Shown: positions 47,101 through 56,599 of the stretch, piece by piece
Layout of the letters: every line of letters starts with the position of its first letter
How positions within the stretch are numbered: the first letter of the stretch is position 1
Sequence record: PQ306573.1
Origin: Escherichia phage vB_EcoM_PTE-Eco05
Strand: one strand, 5' to 3'
DNA length: 64,000 bases
Made by a program: the position numbers and the translations under genes
The notes under the pieces: generated by a model
Database searches by the model: none
Told to the model about the DNA's origin: nothing
Seen by the model: only the letters and a program-made list of their open reading frames with translations

Positions 47101-47497
47101 TGCCACGTTCACGATCAGCCGAATCATGAAAACGAACATGTGCTGTACCTGAACTTTTTGTAATAAGTTCACCGCCTTCGGTCATAATCTGCCCAGCGGC
47201 AATAATATCACGAGTTACTCGAGCAATACCGGTTAAATTAAAATTACCTGTCTGAGTGAAGGTGCCATTTAAAGTATAATCGCCAGTTTGGTTATAATTG
47301 CCAGTATGAATAACATTCCCGTCAATACTACCACCTTTAGCAAAACCCAGATCAATAATATTTCCTTGGTCATCTTTAGTAAAAAGTACACGGTCTTTTA
47401 AGTTTATAGCCAATTCACCTTCGGCTAATACTGAAGCGGCAGGACGTGCTCCTGCAGTTTTGCTTCTTTTAAATTGTATTTGTTTTAAAGTAGCCAT
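44186..47497 (-). CDS. 37: Long tail fibre distal subunit gp37 with C-terminal intramolecular-chaperone-like domain
   Basis: 1103 aa; N-terminus MATLKQIQFKRSK...; C-terminal roughly 110 aa ...DIRVKKDLVKF...NYNGVIGLNTAAINEH...EELKALV resembles autoproteolytic chaperone domains. Confidence 0.88.
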   Translation of the reverse strand: MATLKQIQFKRSKTAGARPAASVLAEGELAINLKDRVLFTKDDQGNIIDLGFAKGGSIDGNVIHTGNYNQTGDYTLNGTFTQTGNFNLTGIARVTRDIIAAGQIMTEGGELITKSSGTAHVRFHDSADRERGIIYAPANDGLTTQVVNIRVKDYAAGDESTYAFSGSGLFTSPEVSAWKSMSTPQILTNRVITNNKSTSDYDIYSMADNVPLSESTTAINHLRVMRNAVGAGVFHEVKDNDGITWYTGDGLDTYLWSFTWSGGLKAGHSISVGTPGGNKGYSELGTASISLGDNDTGFKWHQDGYYFSVNNGTKTFLFSPSETTSLRKFVAGYSTNGTDLTTPPTENYALATVVTYHDNNAFGDGQTLLGYYQGGNYHHYFRGKGTTNINTHGGLLVTPGNIDVIGGSVNIDGRNNASTLMFRGNTTGASSVDNMTISVWGNTFTNPSVGNRKNVMEISDATSWMSYIQRLTTGEVEMNVNGSFESSGVTAGNRGVHTTGEISSGAVNALRIWNADYGAIFRRSEGSLHIIPTAYGEGKNGDIGPLRPFSMALDTGKVTIPDLQSSYNTFAANGYIKFTGHGAGAGGYDIQYAQAAPIFQEIDDDAVSKYYPIVKQKFLNGKAVWSLGTEISSGTFVIHHLKEDGSQGHTSRFNQDGTVNFPDNVQVGGGEATIARNGNIFSDIWKSFTSAGDTTNIRDAIATRVSKEGDTMTGRLTLNANSDAIVINSTATESGYLKGQKAGVDNWYVGNGGADNAISFYSFQNRSGIYVNNGGDIALNPEGTATFNFNRDRIYINGSVWTAHQAGDWGNQWRQEAPVFVDFGYVGNDSYYPIIKGKSVITNDGYVSGVDFGMRRIPNNWAQGIIRVGNQENGSDPQAIFEFHHNGNMYVPDMVKAGVRISAGGGDPAWTGACVVIGDNDTGLVHGGDGRINMVANGIHIANWGAGYQSHPGLWDSTGAFWTEVGRAIVSHGHLVQANDSYSTFVRDVYVRSDIRVKKDLVKFENASEKLSKINGYTYMQKRGTDEEGNQKWEPNAGLIAQEVQAILPELVEGDPDGEALLRLNYNGVIGLNTAAINEHTTEIAELKSEIEELKALVKSLLK

Positions 47498-47505
47498 AAG
47501 TCCTC

Positions 47506-48162
47506 TTAATAATAGCCGAAATCTTGAACAGAATCCTTAATAACAATTTGGTCAAATCGTGGAACATGTGAGGGTTGAGATGCAGGATTCTGTGAGAAAA
47601 AGTTTGGGGCAGTTAGCGCGCCGGTCATCGTATCTCCTGAACGGAGTACACGACTGTTTGCATTAGCATTAACTGTATTTATTTGACTATCAACATAATC
47701 TTTGCGAGTAAGGTCGTAATTATTTAAAGGTGCTAACGTTGTGGCTCTGAATTGAGATGCTTCAATAACGCCTTTAGAACTTATATTACCGGTGCGAGTA
47801 TCAATTACAACAGTTCTTTCACCTGTACCTTGAGATGATTTAAACCCAATACCATACCACGAAACAATATCCATGTTTGTTTGGTCGAATGTCGCGGCGT
47901 CAGCACCACCAGAAAAAATACCATTCGTTTGGTCATCTGCTGTTTTGACTGCAACACCTTCGTTAAAGATTACCTTTTTGAGATATGTCCCACCATTTGC
48001 TTTAGATACGAAATCGTTATCAGCCGCTTTTGGCTTGTTATATTCGGTGTATAATTTAAATGTTTTATATAGGATGTCATCGCCAGCTGGCATTAAAGGA
48101 AAATTGCCTTGATGCCATATGACGGAACCACCAACTGTACTTCCGGCTTTTAAATCGGCCAT
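47506..48162 (-). CDS. 36: Long tail fibre hinge connector gp36
   Basis: Track ORF 47506..48213 trimmed to ATG (MADLKAGS...) after aaggaga RBS; late promoter upstream. Confidence 0.8.
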   Translation of the reverse strand: MADLKAGSTVGGSVIWHQGNFPLMPAGDDILYKTFKLYTEYNKPKAADNDFVSKANGGTYLKKVIFNEGVAVKTADDQTNGIFSGGADAATFDQTNMDIVSWYGIGFKSSQGTGERTVVIDTRTGNISSKGVIEASQFRATTLAPLNNYDLTRKDYVDSQINTVNANANSRVLRSGDTMTGALTAPNFFSQNPASQPSHVPRFDQIVIKDSVQDFGYY

Positions 48163-48188
48163 TTCGTGTCTCCTTATTAATATTAAAG

Positions 48189-48196
48189 TATTTATA
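48189..48196 (-). promoter_or_regulatory. Late promoter TATAAATA for gene 36 (minus strand)
   Basis: Reverse complement of plus-strand tatttata lies between the gene 35 stop and the gene 36 RBS. Confidence 0.5.
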
Positions 48197-48221
48197 CGCG
48201 AAAAGGAGACCAAAGTCTCCT

Positions 48222-49346
48222 TTATTCTGTGTACTCTTTAAATTCCTGCCCAAATACCTTACCTGTGTCGTTAGATAACTGAGTAGGCAAGTCCATTATA
48301 TCATTACCGGTTAATGATTCATCAATGTAATTAACACGAATACCGTTTATACCAAACTCGGCGGGTTTTGCTATACTTCCGTTACATGATACTTCAGTGA
48401 AAATAACATTTCTTAGTCCACCTTGACCGACTGAGGCCGTACGGTAACAATATACTGTAAAGCCATCAGCTTCAGCTGGTATTTCAACGTATTCTTCATA
48501 TAGCTTCCACTCCCGGGCAGTTCCATCAAAGTTTATATCTTTAGATGATATAGGAGAGCTAGATGGAGACTTAAAGAAACGAATTGAAAGTCTTGTGGTT
48601 CCTTCCTCTAATAATTCTTCATCAGCCATTAATTGAAATTTCAAATAAAGAAAATCTGTAGGCTTTAATCCATAGTTTGCGATAGGAGTAACAAGGGATG
48701 ATGTAGGCATCCTTTTTATTTCATTGTTAGTTCCTCCAACAGGAGATAAAAACGTTTCTAGAGCTTCATATGTACGTCTAGGATAGCCGGTAGCACCTAT
48801 ATCAGCAATAGAGTCATATACAATATCTAATGGAGTTGCGTAATCAGAAATTGTTTTCTTATTACTGTATTTTATGTGTTCTAATGCAATAGTATTTTTA
48901 CCTGAAACATAAAACGCTGAATATGAAATATCAACAAGACTAGCAACTTCAATCGACGGTATAACTGAACTCCCAGCAGCTTTAAACCATTCAATTATTT
49001 CTGGCGGCAAATTAAATTTGTTATTAGAAATAAATGCGAAAATGAAATTATCTGCGTATGTGTTAACAAACGAAATAAATGCAGCTGAAGTTGCATTATT
49101 TGTAGGCGCAAAATTGTATAATTTACTATCAACTATAGTTCCATTTTCCGGATTTATCACCCTAACATTTAGTCCAATACCAAAAGACTGCAACCCTAAA
49201 GGCTCATTTTGGAATAAAATATACGGATTAGTTGTTGAAAGCGGGCATGAACCCGCTATACTTAGCTTAAATCTAACTGAATTGCTTTCCGATAAAAACG
49301 GCGTTTGGACGTATCCCTGTCCAAACCTTGCCATAAATTTTTCCAT
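48222..49346 (-). CDS. 35: Long tail fibre hinge connector gp35
   Basis: 374 aa; MEKFMARFGQGYVQTPFLSES... start; synteny 34-35-36-37. Confidence 0.85.
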   Translation of the reverse strand: MEKFMARFGQGYVQTPFLSESNSVRFKLSIAGSCPLSTTNPYILFQNEPLGLQSFGIGLNVRVINPENGTIVDSKLYNFAPTNNATSAAFISFVNTYADNFIFAFISNNKFNLPPEIIEWFKAAGSSVIPSIEVASLVDISYSAFYVSGKNTIALEHIKYSNKKTISDYATPLDIVYDSIADIGATGYPRRTYEALETFLSPVGGTNNEIKRMPTSSLVTPIANYGLKPTDFLYLKFQLMADEELLEEGTTRLSIRFFKSPSSSPISSKDINFDGTAREWKLYEEYVEIPAEADGFTVYCYRTASVGQGGLRNVIFTEVSCNGSIAKPAEFGINGIRVNYIDESLTGNDIMDLPTQLSNDTGKVFGQEFKEYTE

Positions 49347-49354
49347 ATAACCTC

Positions 49355-52300
49355 TTATTCAACCCATATAAATTTAACTGTTTTGTTAACCGGGTCTGGA
49401 ACAATTCTCACATTTCCTAATTGTAAGAAGTCTCGAACAGTAAGGTTTCCAATAACAGCATTATCAGATGGGATAGCACCGACATCGCTAGGTGAAGGTG
49501 GGTTGCCACTATCAAATACCATTGCAAATGAAGTCCAAGCATCTTTATTTTTCTGCCAGGTACGAGTATAACGAATACTACCACCATTTGCACCTGTAGG
49601 ATAACAAATCCAATCCTGATAAAGCGAATCTAAGCTATTGCCGAATTGAGTCAAAGTACCAGGATATTTAATTTCTTGGTCACGGTTACCTTTGTTATCA
49701 CGCGTCCAGTATCCAGGGAATTGGCTATATACAGCAGAATCGTTAATGTCAATAGACCAAAAACCTACAGTAGAAGCTGTTGGTTTATCGGTATAAACAG
49801 TGGCAGTTTGAACGCCGTTAGAAATAATTCTGTTATTTACAGTTAACCCACCGGTAGTTATTGTTGCACCACTTGTGATTTGAACACCATTGTCAAGACG
49901 AACTAAGCCTGTGGCGTTGTTAATCGTGATCGGGCGTAAGTTATTAAACGTCCCGGTCTGGTCACCTGAGTTAGTTAATGCAATATAAGAACTGTTACCA
50001 GCGTTATAAAGCATAACACCATAGTTACCGTTAATAGCTCTGAATGCAATAGGAGAACTAGAAACAATTTCGCCTGTAGCACTAATAGGCCCGGTAAAAG
50101 TAGAAACACCTGTAACATTTAATCCATTTGTAGAAACAATACCTGTTGAATAAAGTGTTCCATTAATATTAAATGATACTTTATTATCAGCAGCGCGCTG
50201 AGAATAGAAATGGTATCCGGTTTCGTCACCCGCTTCAAATACTGTATCACGGGCACCATCTGTAGCGCTATTGCCCCATGCTCTAACAACGAAATTCTCT
50301 TTATTACTAAGAGATTGGGTTCCTTTAGTGAAAACTATTTCGGAACCGCTAGAGTCATTAAGAGTTAATCTACGAGTAACAGATGCTTCGGAACCAAAAG
50401 AAGCAGTGCTTGTAGATACTAAAGGAGCACTCAGGTTGGTCTGTTTAGTAAGACTTAAAGAACCATTAACCGTCTGGTCGATGTCTCTACGGATGAACTG
50501 AAGAGAATCTAGACCATCTAACAAATTACTATCAGCTGCTTTAGCTTTCAACGGTAAGTAGTTAGCAAGTACACGGTTTAATTCATATGGAGAAATAGCA
50601 TAACTATTTTTCTCATAAAGATTCAAATCCTGGGTATTACCTTGAGTATCGTCACCGACAAATGTAATAGAACCAGATGAAGTTTTAACGAATCCACGAA
50701 TTGCCGTAGTAGCAGTCCATGATGGTTCTGATTGAACAATCCATTTTAAATTCTTAGGTGATACAGCAGTATTAGCAGAAGTTCCCGTTACAGTTTCATC
50801 TTGAGTAGCAACCTTAATCACGCCTTCAGACGTTTCAGTGGACTTAGTCCCTAAAAGCTTTTTAGGAGTAATAAGAACATCATCTAAAGTTCCTGCATTA
50901 GATTCTGCCTGGGTCGCTACGCGAAGTGTACCGCGTTGTGTTTCATTTGCTTTAGAAATATCAAGAGTATAATGGTTCCACAAGGTTCCTTCTTCAATAA
51001 GTCCGGAATCAGAATTAACACTGGTACGGTCAGAAGAATCAAAATGAGTTTTAATTTTCAGTGGAGACGAGATACGAGTATCGTCAGTTCCAGTATCAAA
51101 TTCAACTTGCGTAGCAATTTCGGCTATGCCAGATAATCCTTCCGTAGCTTTCCTATCATTTAACGTCTTAGGCGTTACTGCTCTAGTATAATCAGTTCCA
51201 GTGTTAGTTTCTGCTTGCGTAGCAATTTCAATTAAACCAATACGACCATCAGTAGAAGTTTTCTTATGCAGAGTTTCAGGGGTCACTACAGCATTAGCCC
51301 AACCGGCTTGTGATTCGCCAGCGATAACTTCACTTTCAATAGCAAGAATTACTGCACCCTGCTGAGTAGGGGTAGCTTTATACTGGTCAAGAGCCTTTGG
51401 AGAAATAGTTAAATTATCTACGGCTTTGTTATAAACGTTAGTCCCAGCATTACCGCGAATAGTAGCAGCTGTAGTACCAGTCGTAGATGTGTATTTTACA
51501 ATACCAGATAAAACTTCAGAACCTTGACGGGCATCCAATTTCTTAGGAGTAATAATAGTGGTATCATCTGTGCCAGCATTAGTTTCAGCCTGAGTTGCAA
51601 CTTCAGCAACACCTCTACGGGTTTCAGTTGCTGTACGTTCATTCAATTTCTTAGGAGAAATAATCAAATCATCCTGGAATGCAAAATCGGTATTCTGGTT
51701 AACTTGTGCAGTTGTTGCAATACGAGCAATACCACGACGAGTTTCAGTTGCTGTACGATTTGCTAATGTTTCTGGAGTAATAGCCAGTTCTTTACCAGGA
51801 GCATTTTCTAAATCAACATTTGCTTGCGCTTGAGAAGCAAGAGCAATAACACCTAAACGAGCTCGAGTTGTATTGCTCGATGCATCGACTCGTTCGACGG
51901 TTACAGTGTTTTGTTGAACTACCCAATATTTTGTTTCAGATGAATAATCTTCTATATAAGCTAACTCAAGTACAGGTACATACGAAGTATCACCATTAAA
52001 TTCCAGCTCACTAACAGAAACCCATTGTGCATCAGGTGGATACTCCGAACGTTTTGGGAACTGTAATAAAGAAATACTGCTAGCAATTGTATCGCCTTCA
52101 GCAGCTTTAATTTTTACAGTTTGCCCTTTACGCATGTAATTCAACGATATTTTAACAGTATCGCCAGACAAAATATCTGTAGGCAAAGTAAGATTTACCG
52201 TCGAGATTGTATTATTATCAGTTCCAAAAACAAGAACTTCTTCATTAGGGTGTAAATCAGTATCATTACGAACTATACGTAAACGAGATTTCTGGTCACC

Positions 52301-53188
52301 TTCCCAAACTCTCCACAAACTAGATGCTGCATCAAAAATAAAAAGAGCATCAGCAAAATTACGTCCTTCTGCTACATGAACACCGGCTTCTCGTATAGAA
52401 GTTGTATCATCGTAAGTTTTGACAATTGTGTGATATAATGGGTTTAATTTGTCTAAATCCACTAAATTAATAATATCGCCATTATTAGCATTACGAGGCA
52501 ATGTAATATTAATAGGAGCGGCTGATGTAAAACGTCGAATGATAAAATCATTAGGTTGCGCTTGATATGGCGTAGCAGGAGTTACTGTGACTGCATTACG
52601 TTCGTAATCAGAAACATACATTTGCCATAGGCGGTTGCTAAAAATGAAGACCATTTTAGATTTTGGGTGCGTCATTAAAACTGAACGAACCTGTTGTCCT
52701 CTAAAGTTTACAATACTTTGAGCCGCTGCAGTAATTTGAACTTTTACATAGCCTACTCTACCGCCAATATCAGACAAAATAACTGTATCGCCATCTAAAG
52801 GATTTTGAGGCAAAGTGAAATTAATATCAGTGCCAGCTGAAGTATCAACCGCAATAGAGTTACCTACTGATAATTGGAAATCTCCGCCTTGAACTGTAAT
52901 CCATTCTGCATCAGCACGAGTTGCCTTCCATTTAGCCAAAGAGAAAGGGCCTGCCGGAGCTGGAATATCGCTTAAAGCTTGATAAAAACGATTATTATAA
53001 AGAACAATAAAATCTTTTGTATACGCGCGCGTCTCGTCATAATTCTGTACGGTGTTTTCTTGCACCAAAAAGTCAACGTTCACGCCATCGGTGCCAACTG
53101 TGCGGTCGGCAAGCGCAACGTTAACTATCTTATCACCGCCTGCGTCAAGACCATCTTCGGCCCTGAACTTACGTTTGATGTCAACCAT
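49355..53188 (-). CDS. 34: Long tail fibre proximal subunit gp34
   Basis: 1277 aa; repeated ...TPKKL...ATETRRG... motifs; late promoter upstream. Confidence 0.9.
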   Translation of the reverse strand: MVDIKRKFRAEDGLDAGGDKIVNVALADRTVGTDGVNVDFLVQENTVQNYDETRAYTKDFIVLYNNRFYQALSDIPAPAGPFSLAKWKATRADAEWITVQGGDFQLSVGNSIAVDTSAGTDINFTLPQNPLDGDTVILSDIGGRVGYVKVQITAAAQSIVNFRGQQVRSVLMTHPKSKMVFIFSNRLWQMYVSDYERNAVTVTPATPYQAQPNDFIIRRFTSAAPINITLPRNANNGDIINLVDLDKLNPLYHTIVKTYDDTTSIREAGVHVAEGRNFADALFIFDAASSLWRVWEGDQKSRLRIVRNDTDLHPNEEVLVFGTDNNTISTVNLTLPTDILSGDTVKISLNYMRKGQTVKIKAAEGDTIASSISLLQFPKRSEYPPDAQWVSVSELEFNGDTSYVPVLELAYIEDYSSETKYWVVQQNTVTVERVDASSNTTRARLGVIALASQAQANVDLENAPGKELAITPETLANRTATETRRGIARIATTAQVNQNTDFAFQDDLIISPKKLNERTATETRRGVAEVATQAETNAGTDDTTIITPKKLDARQGSEVLSGIVKYTSTTGTTAATIRGNAGTNVYNKAVDNLTISPKALDQYKATPTQQGAVILAIESEVIAGESQAGWANAVVTPETLHKKTSTDGRIGLIEIATQAETNTGTDYTRAVTPKTLNDRKATEGLSGIAEIATQVEFDTGTDDTRISSPLKIKTHFDSSDRTSVNSDSGLIEEGTLWNHYTLDISKANETQRGTLRVATQAESNAGTLDDVLITPKKLLGTKSTETSEGVIKVATQDETVTGTSANTAVSPKNLKWIVQSEPSWTATTAIRGFVKTSSGSITFVGDDTQGNTQDLNLYEKNSYAISPYELNRVLANYLPLKAKAADSNLLDGLDSLQFIRRDIDQTVNGSLSLTKQTNLSAPLVSTSTASFGSEASVTRRLTLNDSSGSEIVFTKGTQSLSNKENFVVRAWGNSATDGARDTVFEAGDETGYHFYSQRAADNKVSFNINGTLYSTGIVSTNGLNVTGVSTFTGPISATGEIVSSSPIAFRAINGNYGVMLYNAGNSSYIALTNSGDQTGTFNNLRPITINNATGLVRLDNGVQITSGATITTGGLTVNNRIISNGVQTATVYTDKPTASTVGFWSIDINDSAVYSQFPGYWTRDNKGNRDQEIKYPGTLTQFGNSLDSLYQDWICYPTGANGGSIRYTRTWQKNKDAWTSFAMVFDSGNPPSPSDVGAIPSDNAVIGNLTVRDFLQLGNVRIVPDPVNKTVKFIWVE

Positions 53189-53221
53189 GGTAGTCCTCTT
53201 ATCATTATGTGTTCTATTTTA

Positions 53222-53229
53222 CTATTTAT
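53222..53229 (-). promoter_or_regulatory. Late promoter TATAAATA for gene 34 (minus strand)
   Basis: Reverse complement of plus-strand tatttata, about 35 nt upstream of the gene 34 start. Confidence 0.55.
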
Positions 53230-53308
53230 AAATGAGTAAAAGACTATTTACGCTTTCGAACTAGTATGTTACTATGGTCTAAGTTGACTAACTGAACAAG
53301 AGGTTCAT

Positions 53309-54226
53309 ATGGATTTAGAAATGATGTTGGATGAAGATTACAAAGAAGGTATTGCGCTTGCAGACTTTAGTAACATTGCATTGGCAGCTGCATTAAACAA
53401 CTTTGAAGACGGCGATAAAATTACTGTTCCGATGGTTCGCCATGTAATCTTGAATTCAATTCGTAAAAACGTAGTGATGTTCCGTAAGCAAGGCTATACA
53501 AAATTTGTATTGTGTATGGATAATGCTACTTCAGGTTATTGGCGTCGTGACTTTGCTTACTATTACAAGAAAAATCGTAAAACCGATCGTGAAGCTTCAA
53601 AGTGGGATTGGGAAGGATATTTTACTGCACTCCATCAAGTTGTTGATGAGATTAAGAAATACATGCCATACGTTGTAATGGATATTGACAAGTATGAAGC
53701 GGATGACCATATCGGTGTATTAACTAAATATTTGTCATTAGCCGGTCATAAGGTATGTATTGTTGCATCAGACGGTGACTTTACACAATTACACAAATAT
53801 CCTAACGTTAAACAGTGGTCGCCACCACAGAAAAAATGGGTTAAAATTAAGAATGGTTCTGCTGAAATTGATTGCATGACTAAAATTCTTAAAGGTGACC
53901 GTAAAGACGGCGTTGCATCTGTTCGAGTTCGTGGCGACTTCTGGTTTACCAGAGTTGATGGTGAACGAACTCCGAGCATGAAAACAACGATTATTGAAGC
54001 AATTGCCAATGACCGTTCTCAATCTGAAGTATTATTAAGTGCAGAAGAATATAAACGGTATCAAGAAAATTTGGTTCTCATTGATTTTGATTATATCCCT
54101 GATAATATTGCTTCAACCATTATAGAGTATTATAACTCATATAAACCACAACCTAAAGGCAAGATTTATTCATACTTTGTAAAATCCGGTCTTTCTAAAT
54201 TAACAAGTGTAATTAATGAATTCTGA
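53309..54226 (+). CDS. rnh: RNase H (5'-3' exonuclease / flap endonuclease)
   Basis: 305 aa; FEN-family acidic clusters (DNATSGYWRR, YEADDHIG, ASDGDFTQL); position before dsbA-33-59-32. Confidence 0.85.
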   Translation: MDLEMMLDEDYKEGIALADFSNIALAAALNNFEDGDKITVPMVRHVILNSIRKNVVMFRKQGYTKFVLCMDNATSGYWRRDFAYYYKKNRKTDREASKWDWEGYFTALHQVVDEIKKYMPYVVMDIDKYEADDHIGVLTKYLSLAGHKVCIVASDGDFTQLHKYPNVKQWSPPQKKWVKIKNGSAEIDCMTKILKGDRKDGVASVRVRGDFWFTRVDGERTPSMKTTIIEAIANDRSQSEVLLSAEEYKRYQENLVLIDFDYIPDNIASTIIEYYNSYKPQPKGKIYSYFVKSGLSKLTSVINEF

Positions 54227-54233
54227 GGTAAAC

Positions 54234-54503
54234 ATGGCTAAGAAAGAAGCAGTTGAATTTAATCAAGATGTGCATGGTGAAGAACTGGCTAAACTAGTCA
54301 AGGAAGCTTCCGATAACAAACTTAAAATTTCTGGTTATAATGAACTGATTAAAGACATTCGTACTCGTGCTAAAGAAGAGCTTGGTGTCGATGGAAAAAT
54401 GTTTAATCGTTTGTTAGCTCTTTATCATAAAGACGCTCGTGACCAATTTGAAGCTGAAAACGAAGAGGTAGTCGAGCTTTATGACACAGTTTTCACTAAG
54501 TGA
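54234..54503 (+). CDS. dsbA: dsDNA-binding protein DsbA
   Basis: Track ORF 54216..54503 trimmed to ATG after gaggtaaac; 89 aa; synteny. Confidence 0.65.
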   Translation: MAKKEAVEFNQDVHGEELAKLVKEASDNKLKISGYNELIKDIRTRAKEELGVDGKMFNRLLALYHKDARDQFEAENEEVVELYDTVFTK

Positions 54504-54819
54504 TATTAAACCGGTTGATGAGGCCGGTTTATCTGAACAAGAATTAGCAGTAAAACACGATAAAGATGATATCGCTAAATTGCTTGATCGGCAAGAAAAC
54601 GGATTTATTATCGAATCCATGGTTGAACAATTTGGTATGTCTTATTTAGAAGCAACAACTGCTTTCTTGGAAGAAAATTCTATTCCAGAAACACAATTTG
54701 CTAAATTTATTCCTACAGGAATTGTTGAAAAAATTACAAGCGAAGCAATTGACGAAAACATGCTTCGCCCATCAGTTGCTCGTGGTGAAAAAACTAATAC
54801 GTTAGATTTCTTATTATGA
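54481..54819 (+). CDS. 33: Late-transcription co-activator gp33
   Basis: 112 aa; position between dsbA and 59. Confidence 0.75.
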   Translation: MTQFSLSDIKPVDEAGLSEQELAVKHDKDDIAKLLDRQENGFIIESMVEQFGMSYLEATTAFLEENSIPETQFAKFIPTGIVEKITSEAIDENMLRPSVARGEKTNTLDFLL

Positions 54820-55469
54820 TTAAAATACGCATGCCTCCTGATGGAGAACGTTATATTAACGGAAAATCGGTATACAAACTATACTTGATGTGCAAACAAC
54901 ATTTTAATGGTCGGTATGACGTAATCAAATATAACTGGTGCATGCGTGTTTCGGATAATGCGTACCAAAAACGCCGAGATAAATATTTCTTTGAAAAACT
55001 AGCAGAGAAATATAAATTGAAGGAACTCACCTTGATATTCATAAGCAACTTAGTTGCTAACCAAGACGCATGGATTGGTGAGATATCAGACGCTGATGCA
55101 TTAGTTTTCTATAGGGAATATATTGGACGTCTCAAACAAGCCAAGGAGACGTTTGCTGAAGATGTACGTAACATCTACTATTTCAGTAAGAAAGTTGAAG
55201 TTAGTGCGCTTCAAGAGATATTTGATTATAATAACAACGTTCAGTCGAGCTACATATTCAAATTGCTACAAAGCAATATAATTTCATTTGAGACTTTCTT
55301 ATTGTTGGACTCATTTTTGAATATTATAGATAAGCACGACGAACTCACCGATAACTTAGTCTGGCAAAATTATTCTACCAAATTAAAGGCATATCGAAAA
55401 ATACTTCAAATCGATGGAAATGCTGCTAAGAAATTGTTCATAGAAACAATCAAATCATGTAAGTATTAA
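54816..55469 (+). CDS. 59: Helicase loader gp59
   Basis: 217 aa; MIKIRMP...KYNWCMRVSDNAYQKRRDKYFF; position before gene 32. Confidence 0.85.
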   Translation: MIKIRMPPDGERYINGKSVYKLYLMCKQHFNGRYDVIKYNWCMRVSDNAYQKRRDKYFFEKLAEKYKLKELTLIFISNLVANQDAWIGEISDADALVFYREYIGRLKQAKETFAEDVRNIYYFSKKVEVSALQEIFDYNNNVQSSYIFKLLQSNIISFETFLLLDSFLNIIDKHDELTDNLVWQNYSTKLKAYRKILQIDGNAAKKLFIETIKSCKY

Positions 55470-55498
55470 GCTTTATTTCTTGTGTGTTAAAATTACTT

Positions 55499-55506
55499 TA
55501 TAAATA
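55499..55506 (+). promoter_or_regulatory. Late promoter TATAAATA upstream of gene 32
   Basis: Exact TATAAATA 80 nt upstream of the gene 32 ATG. Confidence 0.45.
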
Positions 55507-55516
55507 AATCATACCA

Positions 55517-55586
55517 GCTACGAGGTATAAGTGTCGTAGCAACCAACTGTAAAATTTAATTAATAATCTAAATAAAGGCAAATAAA
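55517..55586 (+). promoter_or_regulatory. Gene 32 mRNA leader: hairpin (gctacga/tcgtagc) followed by unstructured A/U-rich tract; candidate autoregulatory translational operator
   Basis: Stem arms 55517..55523 and 55534..55540 seen directly, then about 40 nt A/U-rich sequence up to the ATG; matches the known architecture of the T4 gene 32 operator. Confidence 0.45.
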
Positions 55587-56486
55587 ATGTTTAAACGTAA
55601 AAGTACCGCAGACCTCGCAGCTCAGATGGCTAAACTGAATGGTAACAAAGGTTTCTCTTCAGAAGATAAAGGTGAATGGAAGCTGAAACTCGACGCATCC
55701 GGTAATGGCCAAGCGGTAATTCGTTTCCTGCCGGCAAAAACAGATGACGCACTTCCGTTTGCAATTCTTGTTAACCACGGGTTCAAGAAAAATGGCAAAT
55801 GGTATATTGAAACCTGTTCATCTACACACGGCGATTATGACTCTTGTCCTGTATGTCAGTACATTAGTAAAAATGACCTGTACAATACCAACAAAACTGA
55901 ATATTCTCAACTGAAACGTAAAACTTCTTATTGGGCTAATATCCTGGTTGTTAAAGACCCTCAAGCTCCAGATAATGAAGGTAAAGTATTCAAATATCGT
56001 TTCGGTAAAAAGATTTGGGACAAAATCAATGCAATGATTGCAGTCGATACTGAAATGGGTGAAACTCCTGTTGATGTAACTTGCCCGTGGGAAGGTGCTA
56101 ACTTTGTGCTGAAAGTTAAACAGGTTTCTGGTTTCAGTAACTACGACGAATCTAAATTCCTGAATCAATCTGCGATTCCAAACATTGATGATGAATCTTT
56201 CCAGAAAGAATTGTTCGAACAAATGGTTGACCTTTCTGAAATGACTTCTAAAGATAAGTTCAAATCGTTTGAAGAATTGAATACTAAATTTAATCAAGTT
56301 CTTGGTACTGCCGCTCTGGGCGGTGCAGCAGCTGCCGCAGCTTCTGTTGCAGATAAAGTTGCTTCTGACCTTGACGATTTTGATAAAGACATGGAAGCCT
56401 TTAGTTCTGCAAAAACTGAAGATGACTTCATGAGTTCCTCGTCTTCTGACGATGGCGACCTCGATGACCTGTTAGCTGGTCTATAA
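55587..56486 (+). CDS. 32: Single-stranded DNA-binding protein gp32
   Basis: 299 aa; zinc-binding H..C..CPVC region; acidic Ser/Asp-rich C-terminal tail. Confidence 0.9.
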   Translation: MFKRKSTADLAAQMAKLNGNKGFSSEDKGEWKLKLDASGNGQAVIRFLPAKTDDALPFAILVNHGFKKNGKWYIETCSSTHGDYDSCPVCQYISKNDLYNTNKTEYSQLKRKTSYWANILVVKDPQAPDNEGKVFKYRFGKKIWDKINAMIAVDTEMGETPVDVTCPWEGANFVLKVKQVSGFSNYDESKFLNQSAIPNIDDESFQKELFEQMVDLSEMTSKDKFKSFEELNTKFNQVLGTAALGGAAAAAASVADKVASDLDDFDKDMEAFSSAKTEDDFMSSSSSDDGDLDDLLAGL

Positions 56487-56492
56487 TAAATT

Positions 56493-56515
56493 GGGAGACT
56501 TCGGTCTCCCTTTTG
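56493..56515 (+). terminator. Rho-independent terminator (gggagac ttcg gtctccc followed by tttt)
   Basis: Seen directly after gene 32. Confidence 0.8.
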
Positions 56516-56541
56516 AGTATCTGTAAATTGCCGAAAAAGTT

Positions 56542-56575
56542 GTTTACTTCTTCCCTGGATGTGTTAGTATAGACC
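56542..56575 (+). promoter_or_regulatory. Early-type promoter (GTTTAC, spacer, TAGTATAGACC)
   Basis: Seen directly upstream of ORF 56600. Confidence 0.5.
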
Positions 56576-56599
56576 TATCAACAACATGAGGAAATCAAA

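Noticed and set aside
53240-53300. CGCTTTC box plus TACTAT upstream of rnh as a middle promoter
   Set aside because: The match to the MotA box is poor (C at two conserved positions) and no -35 element is present; left unannotated.
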